64,000 nucleotides of DNA from Eledone cirrhosa (GCA_964016885.1 OZ024740.1:174220001-174284000), one strand, 5' to 3'. Numbered from the stretch's first letter, positions 1-13,346 are shown. The notes: generated from the sequence alone by a model not told the origin. Numbers and translations are program-made.

Positions 1-194
1 TTTTTTGATAATCATAAAAGTTTAAATTTTGGGCACAAGGCCCCAATCTTTTTGGGTGTCCTTTTCGGAAAACAATGTATGTGCGCTTATATATAGTTAA
101 CAATAAAAATTTTCCATAAATGGCAATTCTTAACAAACGGAAATAACAAACCTTTGCGGAGCTCACGATGATACGATTTACTACGTAGGTCGCC
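1..194 (-). mobile_element. 5' end/5'UTR of Tx1/L1-like LINE (ATT-associated family), running off the window start
   Basis: Reverse complement aligns with 4889-5085 (GGCGACCTACGTAGTAAATCGTA...), which leads into an ORF1 with a CCHC knuckle. It begins exactly at the (AAT)n tract starting at 195. Confidence 0.8.
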
Positions 195-228
<34 letters not shown>

Positions 229-239
229 TTAATAACAAC

Positions 240-1476
240 AAAGCAAATGTGGAATTCTTTACCTTCCTAGAACTCAAGGAGGCCGTAGCCTGATCTAATT
301 TGAACTTACCTACAAGACCATCACTATTAGACTGGCACTGGCCAAATACCTTGAAACAACAAACGACTGTATGCTGAAACTTGTTGAAAAACATGAGAAA
401 AGTAAGAAGTTTCATTCTCTCTTGAAGGAGGGTAAAATATATGCTACTAATCTCATGCTTGATCCCAGGTTGGATAGACTGAGGAAACTGTTGCAATTGA
501 TGCTGCTAAGCACATAAAATTAATGGCAAAATCAAAAGGGCAAGAGCAATTAGCATCAAAGTTGGAGCAGAAACCTCTCCATGCCAAATATGTAGCCCGT
601 AGCTCAGGGCTAAAAGCAGAGAGTGAAGGCTTCATCTTAGCTGCCCAAGATCAAAGCTTACTGATACGGAATTACCAGGCCAATGTAATGAGAAAGTGCC
701 GTTTCTGCAATGTTGAGGTTGAAACAGTGGACCACCTAGTTTCTGGATGTAATGTTTTAGCCCCAGTAGAGTACAAATATAGACATGGCTAAAATCTACA
801 CTGGCTAATATATGTCGGCATTATAAAATCAAAGCTGCTGACAAGTGATACAATCATCACACTGATGCTGTAACTGAAAGTAACAATTCTTTAGGACTTT
901 CCTGTACATACTGACCAGACCATAAAATCTAGTAGACCAGAAATCATTGTAAAAGACCAACATAGCAAGGTCTGTTTATTGATTGATATGAGCATCCCAT
1001 GTGATCACAATATCATGGCGAAAGAATTTGACAAGCTACGAAAATATAAAGATCTGCTTATTGAAATCGAAAAAATGTGGCACCTCAAGGCCGTTACAAT
1101 ACCAGTGATTGTGGGAGCACTGGGAACGATCAAGAAAGGAACAGAAGAATATTTGCGAATGATTTCAGGTTTACCCTCTCTGCAAGAGGTGCAAAAAAAT
1201 TGTTTTGACTGGTACTGCACATGTATTGAGAAGAGCACTATCTCTGTGAGAATAATATCTCCCACCTTGTGTGGTTATGTGTGTGAATAGAGCACTATCT
1301 CTGTAAGAATGATATCCCTCTGTAAGAATGATAAGCTGTAAATTATATTCAATGTGGTGTATTAACTGGCTTACCAATGTACAGTGAATTTATTTGCCCT
1401 AGGTGTCAGGAAGACACTCGGCATATATCAGAAACAATACTGAAGGAAAAGGAAAAACGATAAAAAAAAATAATAA
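240..1476 (+). mobile_element. 5'-truncated, degenerate R4/Dong-like RLE LINE
   Basis: Translated remnants: LYLPRTQGGR, ESEGFILAAQDQSL, KCRFC..ETVDHLVSGC..LA..EY..RH (CCHC), RPEIIV and IDMSIPCD..KE..K..KYKDL (RLE domain). Stops and frameshifts are present. The 5' junction is in (AAT)n and the 3' end is A-run+TAATAA. Confidence 0.88.
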
Positions 1477-1604
1477 CCAGAGGATTTAATCCCCCAATAC
1501 AAAGCAGGCAATAATATATATTGAACATTTCCAATGATAAACAATAAATACAATTTTTTGATACAAACATACACATTCACAAACAACCTCCACCACATGC
1601 TTAT

Positions 1605-1872
1605 CTCTTCTTTCTTCTTCTTGCTCATGCTTGATGAGACTGGAGTCATCCTAGGTCAGTGATCCCAGAGGAATAATCGTGCGTAGCATCGACCAGGTTC
1701 ATCGTGCTCTCCCTCGCTGGCGTACATGTCCGTACCAGCACATGCGGCGATTGCCATGAGACGGAATGTTGCGGACTGATGTATGCGTGCACGCAACTCC
1801 TTCTTGGAAAAGAGATGGTACCATCTGACGTTCTCGGTGGTCCTCAGGGCTCTGCAATCGAAGCCGTCGAGC
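1605..1872 (-). mobile_element. 3' fragment of RTE-type LINE
   Basis: Minus strand reads LDGFDCRALR..VRW..., RRMCWYGHV, followed by an (AAG)n-like tail at about 1605-1622. Confidence 0.6.
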
Positions 1873-1879
1873 TTAAAGA

Positions 1880-2830
1880 GTTAAAGATTAAAGAGAGAAA
1901 CACTTTTTATGAATGTAATTTATTACCGGAAACGACCCCATTTTTCCTCCAGGGGGCTTGTTTTCTTTGCTCCACAATGTTTAGGAGAAACTGTTTCTGG
2001 TTTTCATCCTTCGTAGAATCATTAAATCTCTTTATGAGACAAATAAATCGCTCAGCAGTGTCGTTCATAACTTTCAGAGCATCAACAGATACTTTGATAT
2101 TGTCGTCAGTGTAAAAGTCCAAATTGTTTGGGACGATATCGAAAAGATGGAAAACGTTATTTGTTTTTTTCGTAACGAAGTCACTCGGTTCTTTGTTGCC
2201 GAAAGCCATTCATTTTCCTTCGACCTTTTTCATCCCTTTCTTTTTTTCCTCTTGTTAGATTTTGGAATATATTTTTCTTCTCTTCCAGTCCAAGCTTTTC
2301 GTTAAAGAAAGCCAGCGTTACTAAATCTTCTGGCAAGTACCACAGGTGACGCCGAAGGATCGTTTCTAAGCCAGTTAAGATCTGTTGGTCAGGTTACATT
2401 GGTAGCTGCTTCATCAAATTGAGATCATTCTTTGAAGCCCATCGGGGAACCATGGCTTTCTTACAGAATATTACACTAAAGTCACAAAGTAAACGACGTT
2501 TTGTAGATCTCTCGATTCTCGTGGTGTAGGCTTAAGTTGTTCCAAGAACAGAATTATCGTGATCACATATATTTCCTTAGCCATCCAACGAGCCAGTTGG
2601 TAAGCACCTGGGACCGAGAAGGAGAACTGGAGAGATGGTCAGCCAACAAAATAGAGAAGGGAGAGCTTTATGAACTCAGCATAGTCTTTTCAGGGATGAG
2701 CTCCAGAAAGCAGAAGTCAGTAGATATCCAAACATCTAATCCCTCTTTTGCTTGTAAAAATATTCCATGGATTCATCATGGTCCACGATATCCACGGATC
2801 AGCTGGATATGGTTGCTTCTGACAGGAACC
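1880..2830 (-). mobile_element. DNA transposase remnant (hAT-related, hATm-type; subgroup is inference)
   Basis: Minus-strand motifs PGAYQLARWMAK (about 2575-2612), RHLWYL (about 2334-2352) and LKVMNDTAER..LIKRFN..TKDENQKQFLLNIVE (ORF 1907-2209). The frame is broken. Confidence 0.7.
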
Positions 2831-2844
2831 CCTGAAAGGTGTGT

Positions 2845-2897
2845 TTGAGGACTCTGCCCGCACGACCCACTCAGGGATGAGTGGGTGAAGAAGAAGA
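2845..2897 (+). mobile_element. RTE-like 3'-end stub
   Basis: Stem-loop ACCCACTC-agggat-GAGTGGGT directly followed by a GAAGAAGAAG tail, then (TA)n. Confidence 0.4.
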
Positions 2898-3006
2898 TAT
2901 ATATATATATATATGTATGCACGTGTATATGTGTATATGCGGTATATGTATATGGTATATTTGTATGATATGTATATATGTATGGTGTTCATTCGTGGTA
3001 TGGGCA

Positions 3007-3090
<84 letters not shown>

Positions 3091-3252
3091 AATATATATA
3101 TATATAAGGGGACGTTGTTGTTTGCTTGAAGCATTGTGTAAAGCGTGTAAAGCACTATTTGAATCGGACATTAAAGATAGGAATAACAGTAATGTTGGGG
3201 GTTACCTTACAGTCCTTTATAGGTTCTTATAGTGTAGCATGGAGTAATATCA

Positions 3253-4027
3253 TCTCTCTATATAAAGTTGTAGTTCCTGTCTGTTTGTTTGTTTGTTCAC
3301 GAACTCCTCCTATGGCTTTGGAGATAACCCCCCCCCCATAACCATATATATTCTGAAACTACATTGCCCAGGATACTTGGATAAGTATATTTCATTTTAA
3401 TCAAACGGTTCCCCGGGGTACAAACCCCCGCTGAAAATCTTTTCCCTTGATTTATATGAAATTTAAACCATAGGTAAATGACAAGATATGATGCCTATAC
3501 ACAAAATGTCAGCGAATTTCAATAATATTAAGACACCCTAATGGGGGTTAAACCCCCTATAGTGAACATTTTGGAAGCCCATAACTTGAGTATTGGAACC
3601 TCTATTATCACGGGGTTTTTCTATTAATTAAACGTAAATCAACATAAAAGCACCTTGTTTACCCTGAAGTTCTTCATTAGGACAAAGTATGAAATATATG
3701 TTAAAAAATAAATAATTAAACTTTGAATTTCTAATTTGAAAATAATGCTTTACACAAAAATGAAATGATCAAGTTTTGAATTGATATTTTGAAAAAAATT
3801 ATTTACAAGAAACAAAATAAGAATAAGATTTAATAATATAATTTTGATTTGACATATTACAAAAAATATTTTCCAATTTTTCATGCATTACATTTTACAT
3901 TGAGTAATATTGAAATGCAGAGCTTTTCTCCATAAATTATATCACTGATTTAAAATCAATCATCATTTTCTTACAAATAAAAAAAAAAAATGTGTGAAAC
4001 ACAACAAGGCGCGGGTAATTCGGCTAG
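3253..4027 (+). mobile_element. non-autonomous Helitron
   Basis: 5' A|TCTCTCTATATAAA start followed by (GTTT)n, 3' GC-rich subterminal segment ending CTAG|T. Inserted between A and T without a TSD. Internal GGGG..CCCC palindromes. Confidence 0.75.
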
Positions 4028-4099
4028 TAGAATTATATAGTGCGTCCAATATTTCTTGCATTTCAACAGATTGCATGCAAGCGAACTGACGTAATATTC

Positions 4100-4135
<36 letters not shown>

Positions 4136-4261
4136 ACAAATAATGCATGATACATAAATATGGTAAACATCTAGTTACGTTGACATGACGGTTGGGGGCT
4201 TGTGCGTCATTATTTCCTGCAATATATATGAGAAAATCCTGCGTTTTTTAATGAATACAAG

Positions 4262-4570
4262 ATGTGTTGTTGCTGTTGTTGCAACTTTTGTTGTGGGAAA
4301 TTTAGACCACAAATGGACCAAGAGGACTTAGATTACTCATTCCTTCACAAGGATCTTGAAAAAGGGGCCTTTGATCAGCCACGGGAAGAATTGAGTGGTG
4401 ATTCTTCGGAAGCTACTCCAGTCGTATCACAGCCAACTGCTCTTGGACACCCTGCCGAAGGACAGGGAGCTGAAGAAGTTACTGGAAATGTGACAGAAAC
4501 AACAATTTTAAGTCAAGACACTAAACCAAACTACGGTGCTGATTCCTTTGCCAGAATCATAAAATATCTT
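4262..4570 (+). pseudogene. DNAJC5: C-terminal half of cysteine string protein (probable 5'-truncated retrocopy)
   Basis: CCCCCCNFCCGKFRP matches the CSP cysteine string. ATPVVSQP and TETTILSQDTKPNYGAD resemble the CSP C-terminus (human TPIVIQP..TETTQLTADSHPSYHTD, from memory). There is no J-domain upstream, and the frame runs past the expected stop. Confidence 0.75.
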
Positions 4571-4855
4571 TGCCTAAAATTGCATGTAGGTGCCTCCCCT
4601 CCCCCCTTGGTCCTTGTAGAAAGTGTGGTAAATGGTGGCGTGATGAAAAATATGCCTATGCTTTTGATGAACGGTGTCTCATTTCATTAAGAAATTCTTT
4701 AAAACTTCTAATATAGATTGTTCGGTCCGTTTATAGTTTTCCTCTATCATTCGCTCACCCCCCCCCCCCTCTTTTTTTATTTTTATTTTTTATTATTTTA
4801 CTAACAGATCTATTTTTTTCTCAACTTCTTCAAGTTATCGTAGCCTTTATTTTTG

Positions 4856-4888
<33 letters not shown>

Positions 4889-6470
4889 GGCGACCTACGT
4901 AGTAAATCGTATTATCGTGAGCTTGGCAAAGGTTTGTTATTTTCAGTTGTTTAAAATTGCCATTTATGGAAAATTTTTATTGTTAAGTGTATATAAGTGC
5001 ACATACATTGTTTTCTGAAAAGGACACTCAAAAAGATGAACCTTGAGCCCAAAATTTAAACTTTTATAATTAACAAACAAAAAAACATTTCTTTGAAAAA
5101 TCATGGCCGACTCACAGCTGAACCCAGTAGCTGAGAGCCTTCCTCACAAACTAACACGTCACACCGACACCACCATTTTAAATATTACTACGTTTGCCAA
5201 CACTAAAAATATAAGCAGTAGCAATATTTTAAATTTGTCTCAGGCAGACATTCATTTCCCGCCATTACCAATGACTGCAGGTGTTGAAGCCACCACCCCC
5301 ACCACCACCACAGCGACAACAGAAACAAAAGAAATAAATAAATTATCTCGTGATATCGAAAGGAATTCAGCCAAAATGAACTCTTCCACACCGAACACCA
5401 CTGACGCCACCACCACCACAACTGAAACTAAATTTAACAATAACAAAAATAACGATAGCAACAACAGCAACAATGAGAATAAGAAAACCTGTTTTTTGCC
5501 AGAGTAGCAAAAAAGTGCGAAGCATTCCAGGTGACTCAGGAGGAATTAGAAGAAGCCAAAAAAATGGTAAAGAAAGATGGGTACAGGGTCAGCCCCCCCC
5601 CCCCACACACTACCTAATAAAATGGAGCATCTGTGCCTATGCACCGTGTCTTATCGGACGACTAACATAAAATCGCGCTGAGTGGAAAAAGCTTTGGGAC
5701 ATGTGTGGGCAAAAAAAACCCACATCAGACGTGGGCAGAAATATGGAACCGTGGACGTGTTCTTTGAAACACCAGAGGAGGCCAGAGAACACTCCATTGC
5801 CCATTAAGAAGTGACGACTTCACACTCGTCCCAAGCTATTGTGGCCAGAGACTTGTGAAGATCAGGGTGACCCACGTTCCACTGGCCATCGAAATTCCCT
5901 GGCTAATGGCTGCCGTCCTCGCCGGCATCGAGGCCAACACCAAGATAATCGAAATAGCGAAAGAAAAGCAGGAGAACTGGTCCGGATCTGGGATGGAGCT
6001 CCTGATCCAAGCGGACGAAAAAAGCATTGAGGAGATCCCAGAGGTAATAGACCTCGCTGACGGCAGCCACCTCACCGTAATCGTCGAGGGCAGAAGGCCT
6101 AGGTGTGTCGTTTGTGGTGAAGGAACCCACCTAAGGGCTTTCTGCCCTCAGGCTAAAAGGTTGAGGCCACCTCTCTTACCCACCCCAATGACTCAACCAT
6201 CAACACCACCAGCAGCAGAAATGGCAGCAACAACTGTAGCAGCAACAACAGAAGCAACTGTAACAGCAACAACCCAGCAACAGTAGCAAAACCAACACCA
6301 ACACCACCCAACGCGCCAGAACTAGCACCAGCGCCTACATCATCCACCACGCCAAACCAAAACCAACGCGTTGGAGGATTTTCCACTCCCCGACCTATCG
6401 CAACTAGAGACAGATTGTGACGACGAGGAGTGGGAAACGGTATCAGGAAAAAAGCTAAATATTTAAAGGA
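4889..6470 (+). mobile_element. 5' portion (5'UTR + broken ORF1) of Tx1/L1-like LINE
   Basis: Starts right after (ATT)n. ORF1 remnants at 5103-5507 and 5855-6286 include VIVEGRRPRCVVCGEGTHLRAFCP (CX2CX4HX4C knuckle), similar to the ORF1 at 14171-14491. Confidence 0.8.
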
Positions 6471-8035
6471 AACTATTAAAAATAGAAGCATTCCAAATTT
6501 TATAGCTATCTATTCATCGTGCTTTGTCCGTTCATACATATGGTGTGTGAGCATGTGCGTGTTCTCTATTGAAATAGCTCTTGGCAATATTGGAGAAATA
6601 AATAAAACAAAATATAACAATAAATGTATATAAAGTTAGTAATGTGTTAAAAGGCTAATGAAAATGCCTCGATCGGTTATATGAAGTGGAGAAAGAGCTC
6701 TTTTTGATGAACGAAGTATCAACTATTCATTACGGAGCAATTGCGTCAACAACATACATTCGTTAAGAAAAAGAATGCTACTGCAAATATGCACGGCAAA
6801 CAAAATTATCAAGAGCCTAGTAGATTTTGTCCTTCATAACATTGCTAAAAATACAAAAAGGAACAAAAATAAAAACAATAGCAACCACGCTGAGATAGGC
6901 CTGTCGCCGTAACACAGACATGCTGTAACCGCTTACAAATGACTGAAGATAGAAATAACTAAAAAAAGCATAATAGGTATCTCCTGGATTTCGAGTGTGA
7001 TCACCCACTTATTTGTGACTGCATTTTACGAGTTTGTAAAGCCATGGTAATTTCTTATGCTCGCAAGGAAACAGCAATTTCTACTGCATATCAGTAGAAA
7101 TATAACTATATAAGGGATATTTTATTTTATAGCGTTTGAGGCCAACCATCTACGGGCAAAGTTTTCCACATACATAGTACGTAGATTGAATAGTGTTGCA
7201 AGTAAAAACAATTTCTTTCACTTGTCTGGGGAATACTGATTACAATAAAAGCTTTTCTTGAACACTTGTATTTGAGTATTTGAGCACCCCCCTCTCTCTC
7301 CCTCGCTCTTTCGCTTCCTCTTTCACTTTCTTCACCCCCCCCTCTCTCTGCATTTTGCAGAAGGCGTTCCCAATCTGGGCTTTAAATTTGAAGTATTTCG
7401 CTTTCTATCTTGTAACACTCCCTAGGACATTTATTTCAAAAGTCGTGCATCGACCATTCAACCAAGACCAGACCGAGGAAACAATTAAAGATTCTAAATT
7501 TGTCAACATGTATGTATGACAGATACATACATACATACGCGTATATATAAATATATATATGTGTGTGTGTGTATGTATGCATATGCATAGACACACAGAT
7601 ACCTAGATGCTTACATATATATTCATATACACGAAATAATTTTGAGCGTTAACATTAACCATCCTACACCACCATATGTTGATGAACAAACCAATAATTT
7701 GTGGAAAACACAAATGGTCTTCTTCTTCTTCTTCTTCTTCTTCTTCTAGCGACTCTACCTGGAGTGACTGCTCTCCGAGCTACGTACTCTATCAAGTAAC
7801 GTTACTCCAAAGACCGTTCGGAGGAACCCCATTTCGGTTGTTTGTATTCGCGATCGTATTATTTCTGATCATAGGTATGGGTTAGCACAAATACCGAATC
7901 TCTTTCATTTATATTGTTTAAAATCAATGTATTTACAGTTATAATTCACTATAGTCTTCCTAATAAATAACATTATCAGAAAGAGCATTATGTCATCTAG
8001 ATACTTGAACTTATTAAATAAATAATATCTTTTTT

Positions 8036-8609
8036 AACATTGGCACAAGGCCAGTAATTTGGCGAATGGGGAAAGTCAATTATATGGCCACCAATACCGA
8101 ATAGGTACTCTAATTTTATCGACCCTGAGAGGAAGTTGACAATTATAAACTCAGAACGTAGAAAGTCGTAACTAAATACCACACATCCTTTTGTCCGACA
8201 CTCTATTGATACTGCAAATTCATCGTCCTCAAATAGATAATAATAATTGTTTCTACTTTAGGCACAAGACCAGCAATTACCCAGTGCATCGCTGGTACTT
8301 TATTTTATCGACCCCGTAAGGATGAAAGTCAAAGTTAACCTCGGCGGGATTTGAACTCAGATCATAAAGGGCCGTAACTCTATGCTGCAAAGCATGGTGT
8401 CCGACTCTCTACCGATACTGCCAATCCACTGCCCTTAAATAGATAATAATAATTGTTTCTACTTTAGGCACAAGGCCAGTAATTTGAAGGGAAGGGGAAA
8501 GTCGATCAAATCGACCCCAGTGGTGCTTTATTTTATCGACCCCGTAAGGATGAAAGACAAAGTTAACCTCGGTGTGGTTTGAACACAGAACGTAAAGAGA
8601 CATAACTTT
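8036..8609 (-). mobile_element. three tandem tRNA-derived SINE copies (Meta-domain type)
   Basis: Copies at about 8036-8229, 8243-8434 and 8449-8609. They carry a B-box GTTCAAATCC, the central CTTTCATCCTTACGGGGTCGATAAAAT and the tail GGCCTTGTGCC..AGTAGAAACAATTATT. The middle copy is flanked by duplicated AAATAGATAATAATAAT. Confidence 0.85.
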
Positions 8610-9474
8610 ATTCCCTAAATGAAAATATATTGGAAATTAATGCTCAAATTATTGGTTGTTCGAACAAGAGTTCTGTGTGTTTGTAATATAAATATATTGC
8701 TTAAGATAACTTAACACGGAGAGGTCGTTATTATACATATCTGTATTAAATAAAATATGTTGATAGTTTTATAGTAACAATGACGTCATAACCAAACTCG
8801 TTACTATACCTGTCTCTATCGCTTGGTTACCGAATTTGTTTTAAAGCTCCAAGGCATCCGGAATCATACAGTTAAAACACATCGCTAAAAAGCTTCTCTG
8901 TGGCCCTGTTTAAAACCGTGTTGTGTCAATACTAGAAAGCGAATAAAGCAAACACTGTGAAGGAAAACAATTTAATGGCGTGGTAGTGTATGTAAGCTGG
9001 ATTAGTTATCAAATCAGGACCAGGAAATCTCATCTAAACGTGACTTAAAAGCAACTTCTAAAGCACAAATCAATCACTGTCTTGAAATTTCCCCTTCCCA
9101 CGCAAAATATGTAGACAAGACATACATACACACACTCCTACATACACACACACATACATACGTATACGCGCGAACAGACATACGACAGACACACAGATAC
9201 TCTTTTTGCATACTTACCTACATATAAATGTACATATATTTTAGTTACTGTTAGATATCTACCGGCTGTGTATGCGTGTGTGTAGGTGGTGGTTGCTTTT
9301 TTCTAAATATTGGATAAGTAAGAAGATAACATTTAACGTTGAAAAATTCCATATGGATTAACAGTACATTTAAATATGCAATTTGTTTCATGTAATGTGG
9401 TTATACCAACAGAATTTCTACGCTAGGTTTATAGAATTGCATCGATTGGGCCAGCCATTAACATCATCATCATC

Positions 9475-9687
9475 GGCAGAATCGGTAGACCGTCGGACAC
9501 CACACTTTGCAGCATAGAGTTACAGCCCTTTGCGTTCTGAGTTCAAATCCCGACGTTGTTAAGCCTTGTATTTCATCCTTACGGGGTCGATAAAATAAAG
9601 CACCAGTAATTCTCTGGGGTAGAATTAATCAACCTTCCTCTCTCCCAAATTGCTGGCCTTGTGCCTAAAGTAGAAACAATTATTATC
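9475..9687 (+). mobile_element. tRNA-derived SINE (Meta-domain type)
   Basis: Same head, central domain and tail as 8243-8434. Confidence 0.85.
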
Positions 9688-10839
9688 ATGGCTTGTTTGG
9701 ATATCTGGAGGGATATAGACAATCAACAGCAATATTCCAATGTGTATTCTCTTTTGCTTTTCACTTGGTTTCATGTTATTTTTACTCCATTCAATCCATC
9801 TTCATATCCTGCTTCTTTTTTTCCTCATCTGGATTCCAATCCATAATATGAAATATTACTCCGATTTTCTGATGCCTCGATGGTTTCTTGCTTGGCTTTG
9901 GCTCAGAGATAGTTGTTGCGAACACTTTCAGGATATCACACGTTTAGTATATTTCTGAGGCGCATGTTTGATAGATTGAAGCAAGCTTTGACACTATTGC
10001 TGAGTGTATACTGTACAGAGAATCGGGTTGCAGTTTTTTCTTATCGATATTCATCAGTATAGATTTCAGAAGTCAATTTTCTATTTTAAGTAACCTGTCT
10101 TGATCATATTTTCGATATGTTATCTGACATATTTATATTCAGTTATTTTAAGTTAGTACAGGAAACCGCGAAAACAGATTTACGATTTTCAATTACTTTG
10201 GTGATTCCTCCCATAGTCAACGGTAGGGATTTTGCAGTTACACATCATTAGTCGAGTGAGCAATACCATATATATATATATATATATAAACACACACACA
10301 CACACATATATGTGCAAGTCATCTTTTAAAAATTCCATTTGCTGAGGAAATATTGTTATTAAAGCTGTATATTTTAGAAACAATTGAATACATCAACTTT
10401 ATATAATGATTTAAGGGAAGATGCAATAGACTAAATTCCAGGTTCTTTCTTTTGGTATATGGGACTTCAATTGTTTTTTATTTGCTAGGTTTGAAGGAAG
10501 GTATAGTATCTATGACCTTTACATGTCTTCCCAGACTGCAAGATTGTTGCCGTTGATGTTCTGCTAATCATCATGGCAGTTATGTATATGTAGGTAGACT
10601 GGATGATTGCGAGTTTTAAAAAATACACATTAATCAGACGGAATTTAAATGCAGTAATTAGTTGGACTGGATTCTTGACAATTTAGTAAATATACCAGGG
10701 ACAGTTAACTGCGACAGTCAATTAACTGCAACTCTGGATACGATGTATATACATACATTCGATATAACCAGTAAATGAATTGTTATATTTTCTGCTTCAA
10801 TCCTTTATATCTCTTGTATCGAAAGGATCACGAGTCAAT

Positions 10840-11345
10840 GAAGAAACCTCTATGTGGTCGTTTGATCTGCTTGAAATAGCAGCCAAACCACACGTAATGC
10901 CGTCTTAAATAAAAAAAGATACATAAGATAATGTAGTCACATTTTATATCAATATTATGCGTATGGGCTAAGTGATTAAGAAACTCACGTCACAGCAATG
11001 AGTTTCCGGGTTCGAGCCCAGTGCGTGGAATCTCTGCCAATTGTATTTTACAATAGCCCTGGACCTATTAGATAGAAACCGAATAGAAGTCTGTTAGATA
11101 GATTGTACCTGTACTATGTCTAACCTTGATACATTGTATCACGCTACTGCCTGAGAATTAGGTTATGGCTACATACGGCAGGGGAGTATTCAGTTATTTA
11201 TACGTTAATTTAACAAGTAGTACATTCAGTTTATCTAACAGATCATTGTTGAGCTTCTCATGCCTGGGTAAAATAGATGGAATGGTCACATTTGAAATGC
11301 AATTGTTCATAGTTTACTTGATCAAGACTGATGACAACAAAATAG
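10840..11345 (+). mobile_element. cluster of old SINE fragments
   Basis: tRNA-like head at about 10965-11085 (GGTTCGAGCCC B-box). Flanking segments resemble 52285-52480, 55372-55535 and the reverse complement of 46905-47040. Confidence 0.5.
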
Positions 11346-12294
11346 AGCAGATGGTAGGGATCAGAAATAAGTTTTGGTTTCTTTAAACAATCTTTAAAGG
11401 CCCTGTGATTGTTATCAAAATAGTATTAGAAAGTTAAAATGTACCTATTTTCCTTCAAGTATAGTAACAAGAAGTGGAAAGAGAATTCACTTCCAGAACA
11501 GGCGAAACATTGCAGACTCGACTCATTGAAAGCTAACGCTTGATCCATGGCAGAGACCACTGATTTCGATATCGAATTCCGGAGTTGATACAACTACTCC
11601 GGGAGGAGAGAGGGTGTCGATTGAACTTTTGGACCAACATTTTGTATAAGAAATAGAAATATATAAAATAATAAAATGAAATACATGTTTATACAGGTTC
11701 CTGGTATATATATATAACTAGTCTATATTGTTGATTTCATATTAAATATTCTCTTTATTAAATATTAAATGTTCTATTAATTCACTTATTCATTTGTGTG
11801 TATGCGTGGGTTTGACGAGGTGTTAAACATTCTATGTAGGTGTTGATAGACTAAAATGTTTGGTGATTTCTAGTTCACCACATGATACAACATATATTTA
11901 AGAAATATAACGTGATCATCCTTTTAAATTTCTTATGATCGTGAATATATTTGCTCAACATTTTTGCTTTTATGGCGTACAAGAATTAATATATTAAAAG
12001 CCACATTATAAAATAGAAACAAGTAATTGCGGATGTTATCTTAAATATCTTCAATAAATGGAAATGTTTTGACGTCTACAGAAGCTGGGGTGGTTTTCTC
12101 TGACGTCATAATCATGACGTCGAATAGCGTGGAGTATTCTATTGGGGAGTGGGAGGGAACATCCCTTATCTGCAACTCAATGGTGTTTCACAGCTCAAAT
12201 TGATTTAGATAGCACCAGCAGTTATATTTATAGCAAAATAAAACAGTCTGAATAGAGAACAAATATATACATACATTCATACATGCATATATAT

Positions 12295-12373
<79 letters not shown>

Positions 12374-12909
12374 ATGTATATTTGCGCAGCAGCCATCTTT
12401 TGTTTTTCGTTCATGTTAGATGGATAAATACAAAGAGAAAACACACAAATAACAACACAAAACGAGTAATAAAAAATGCCTTGGAATGACGTCACAACTA
12501 TATCATGAGATGAATGAAATCACCATGGTTACGATTCGGTAAGCAAGTAGAGAGAAATTCATTTAAGAGAATCCGTTGATGCCATGTATTCGGGGAAACT
12601 GATTCAATGTGGTCACAAACTGCTATATGTATATGGACTACAACGATGTTGTGTAGAGGTGGGAAAGCTGGCTACCAATTTATTTAGTAACATAGAAAGC
12701 TAGGATTCTATTCAGGAACTAAAAAAAAAACACACATACAAAATATCGGCTGCAGCAGCAGGAATAACGGTGGAAGCAACAATTAAAATACAAATGTAGG
12801 AATGATAATGTAATATAATAAAGTAATGATCATGTATATATATATATAAAATCATATATAATGTGTGTATATGCATGCATATAAATAAATATATATATAT
12901 ATATATATA

Positions 12910-13098
12910 TAATTGTTTCTACTTTTTGGCACAAGGCCAGCAATTACCCAGTGCATTACTGGTACTTTATTTTATCGACCCCGTAAGGATGAAAGGCAAA
13001 GTCAACCTCAGCGGGATTTGAACTCAGATCGTTAAGGGACGTAACTATGCTGGAAAGCATGGCATCCGACCCTCTACCGATACTGCCAATCCACCGCC
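12910..13098 (-). mobile_element. tRNA-derived SINE (Meta-domain type)
   Basis: Full-length copy of the same family. Confidence 0.88.
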
Positions 13099-13125
13099 TT
13101 ACAATATATATATCAATATATATAT

Positions 13126-13169
<44 letters not shown>

Positions 13170-13274
13170 TATATATATTCATATGTATGTAGATAAAACA
13201 ATTTTGAAAAACAATTTACACGTTTACTTTCGATCCAAATAACATCACAAGCAAACTCGTCTATCTATCTATCT

Positions 13275-13346
13275 GTATGTAAAATCCCCGGCATGTCTTT
13301 GTATTGTCCCCTTTCTTGTTGCGCCCTTGTGGCTAATAAAGAAATA
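13275..13346 (+). mobile_element. 72-bp 3'-end stub of the TATC-associated Tx1-like LINE
   Basis: Near-identical to 17768-17839, ending AATAAAGAAATA. Flanked by TATC repeats on both sides. Confidence 0.9.

Noticed and set aside
20-48. Similarity of the Tx1 5'UTR (GGCCTTGTGCCCAAAAT, minus strand) to the SINE tail
   Set aside because: The match is short and is weaker in the second copy (about 5041), so it cannot be distinguished from chance.
1-5085. Inverted repeats of about 195 bp bracketing the DNAJC5 fragment, resembling a composite transposon
   Set aside because: They are the 5' ends of two divergently oriented LINE copies, and each continues outward into LINE sequence.
11460-11650. GC-richer unique stretch after a polypyrimidine-AG, a possible exon
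   Set aside because: All + frames contain stops, no recognisable protein motif is present, and there is no clear donor site.
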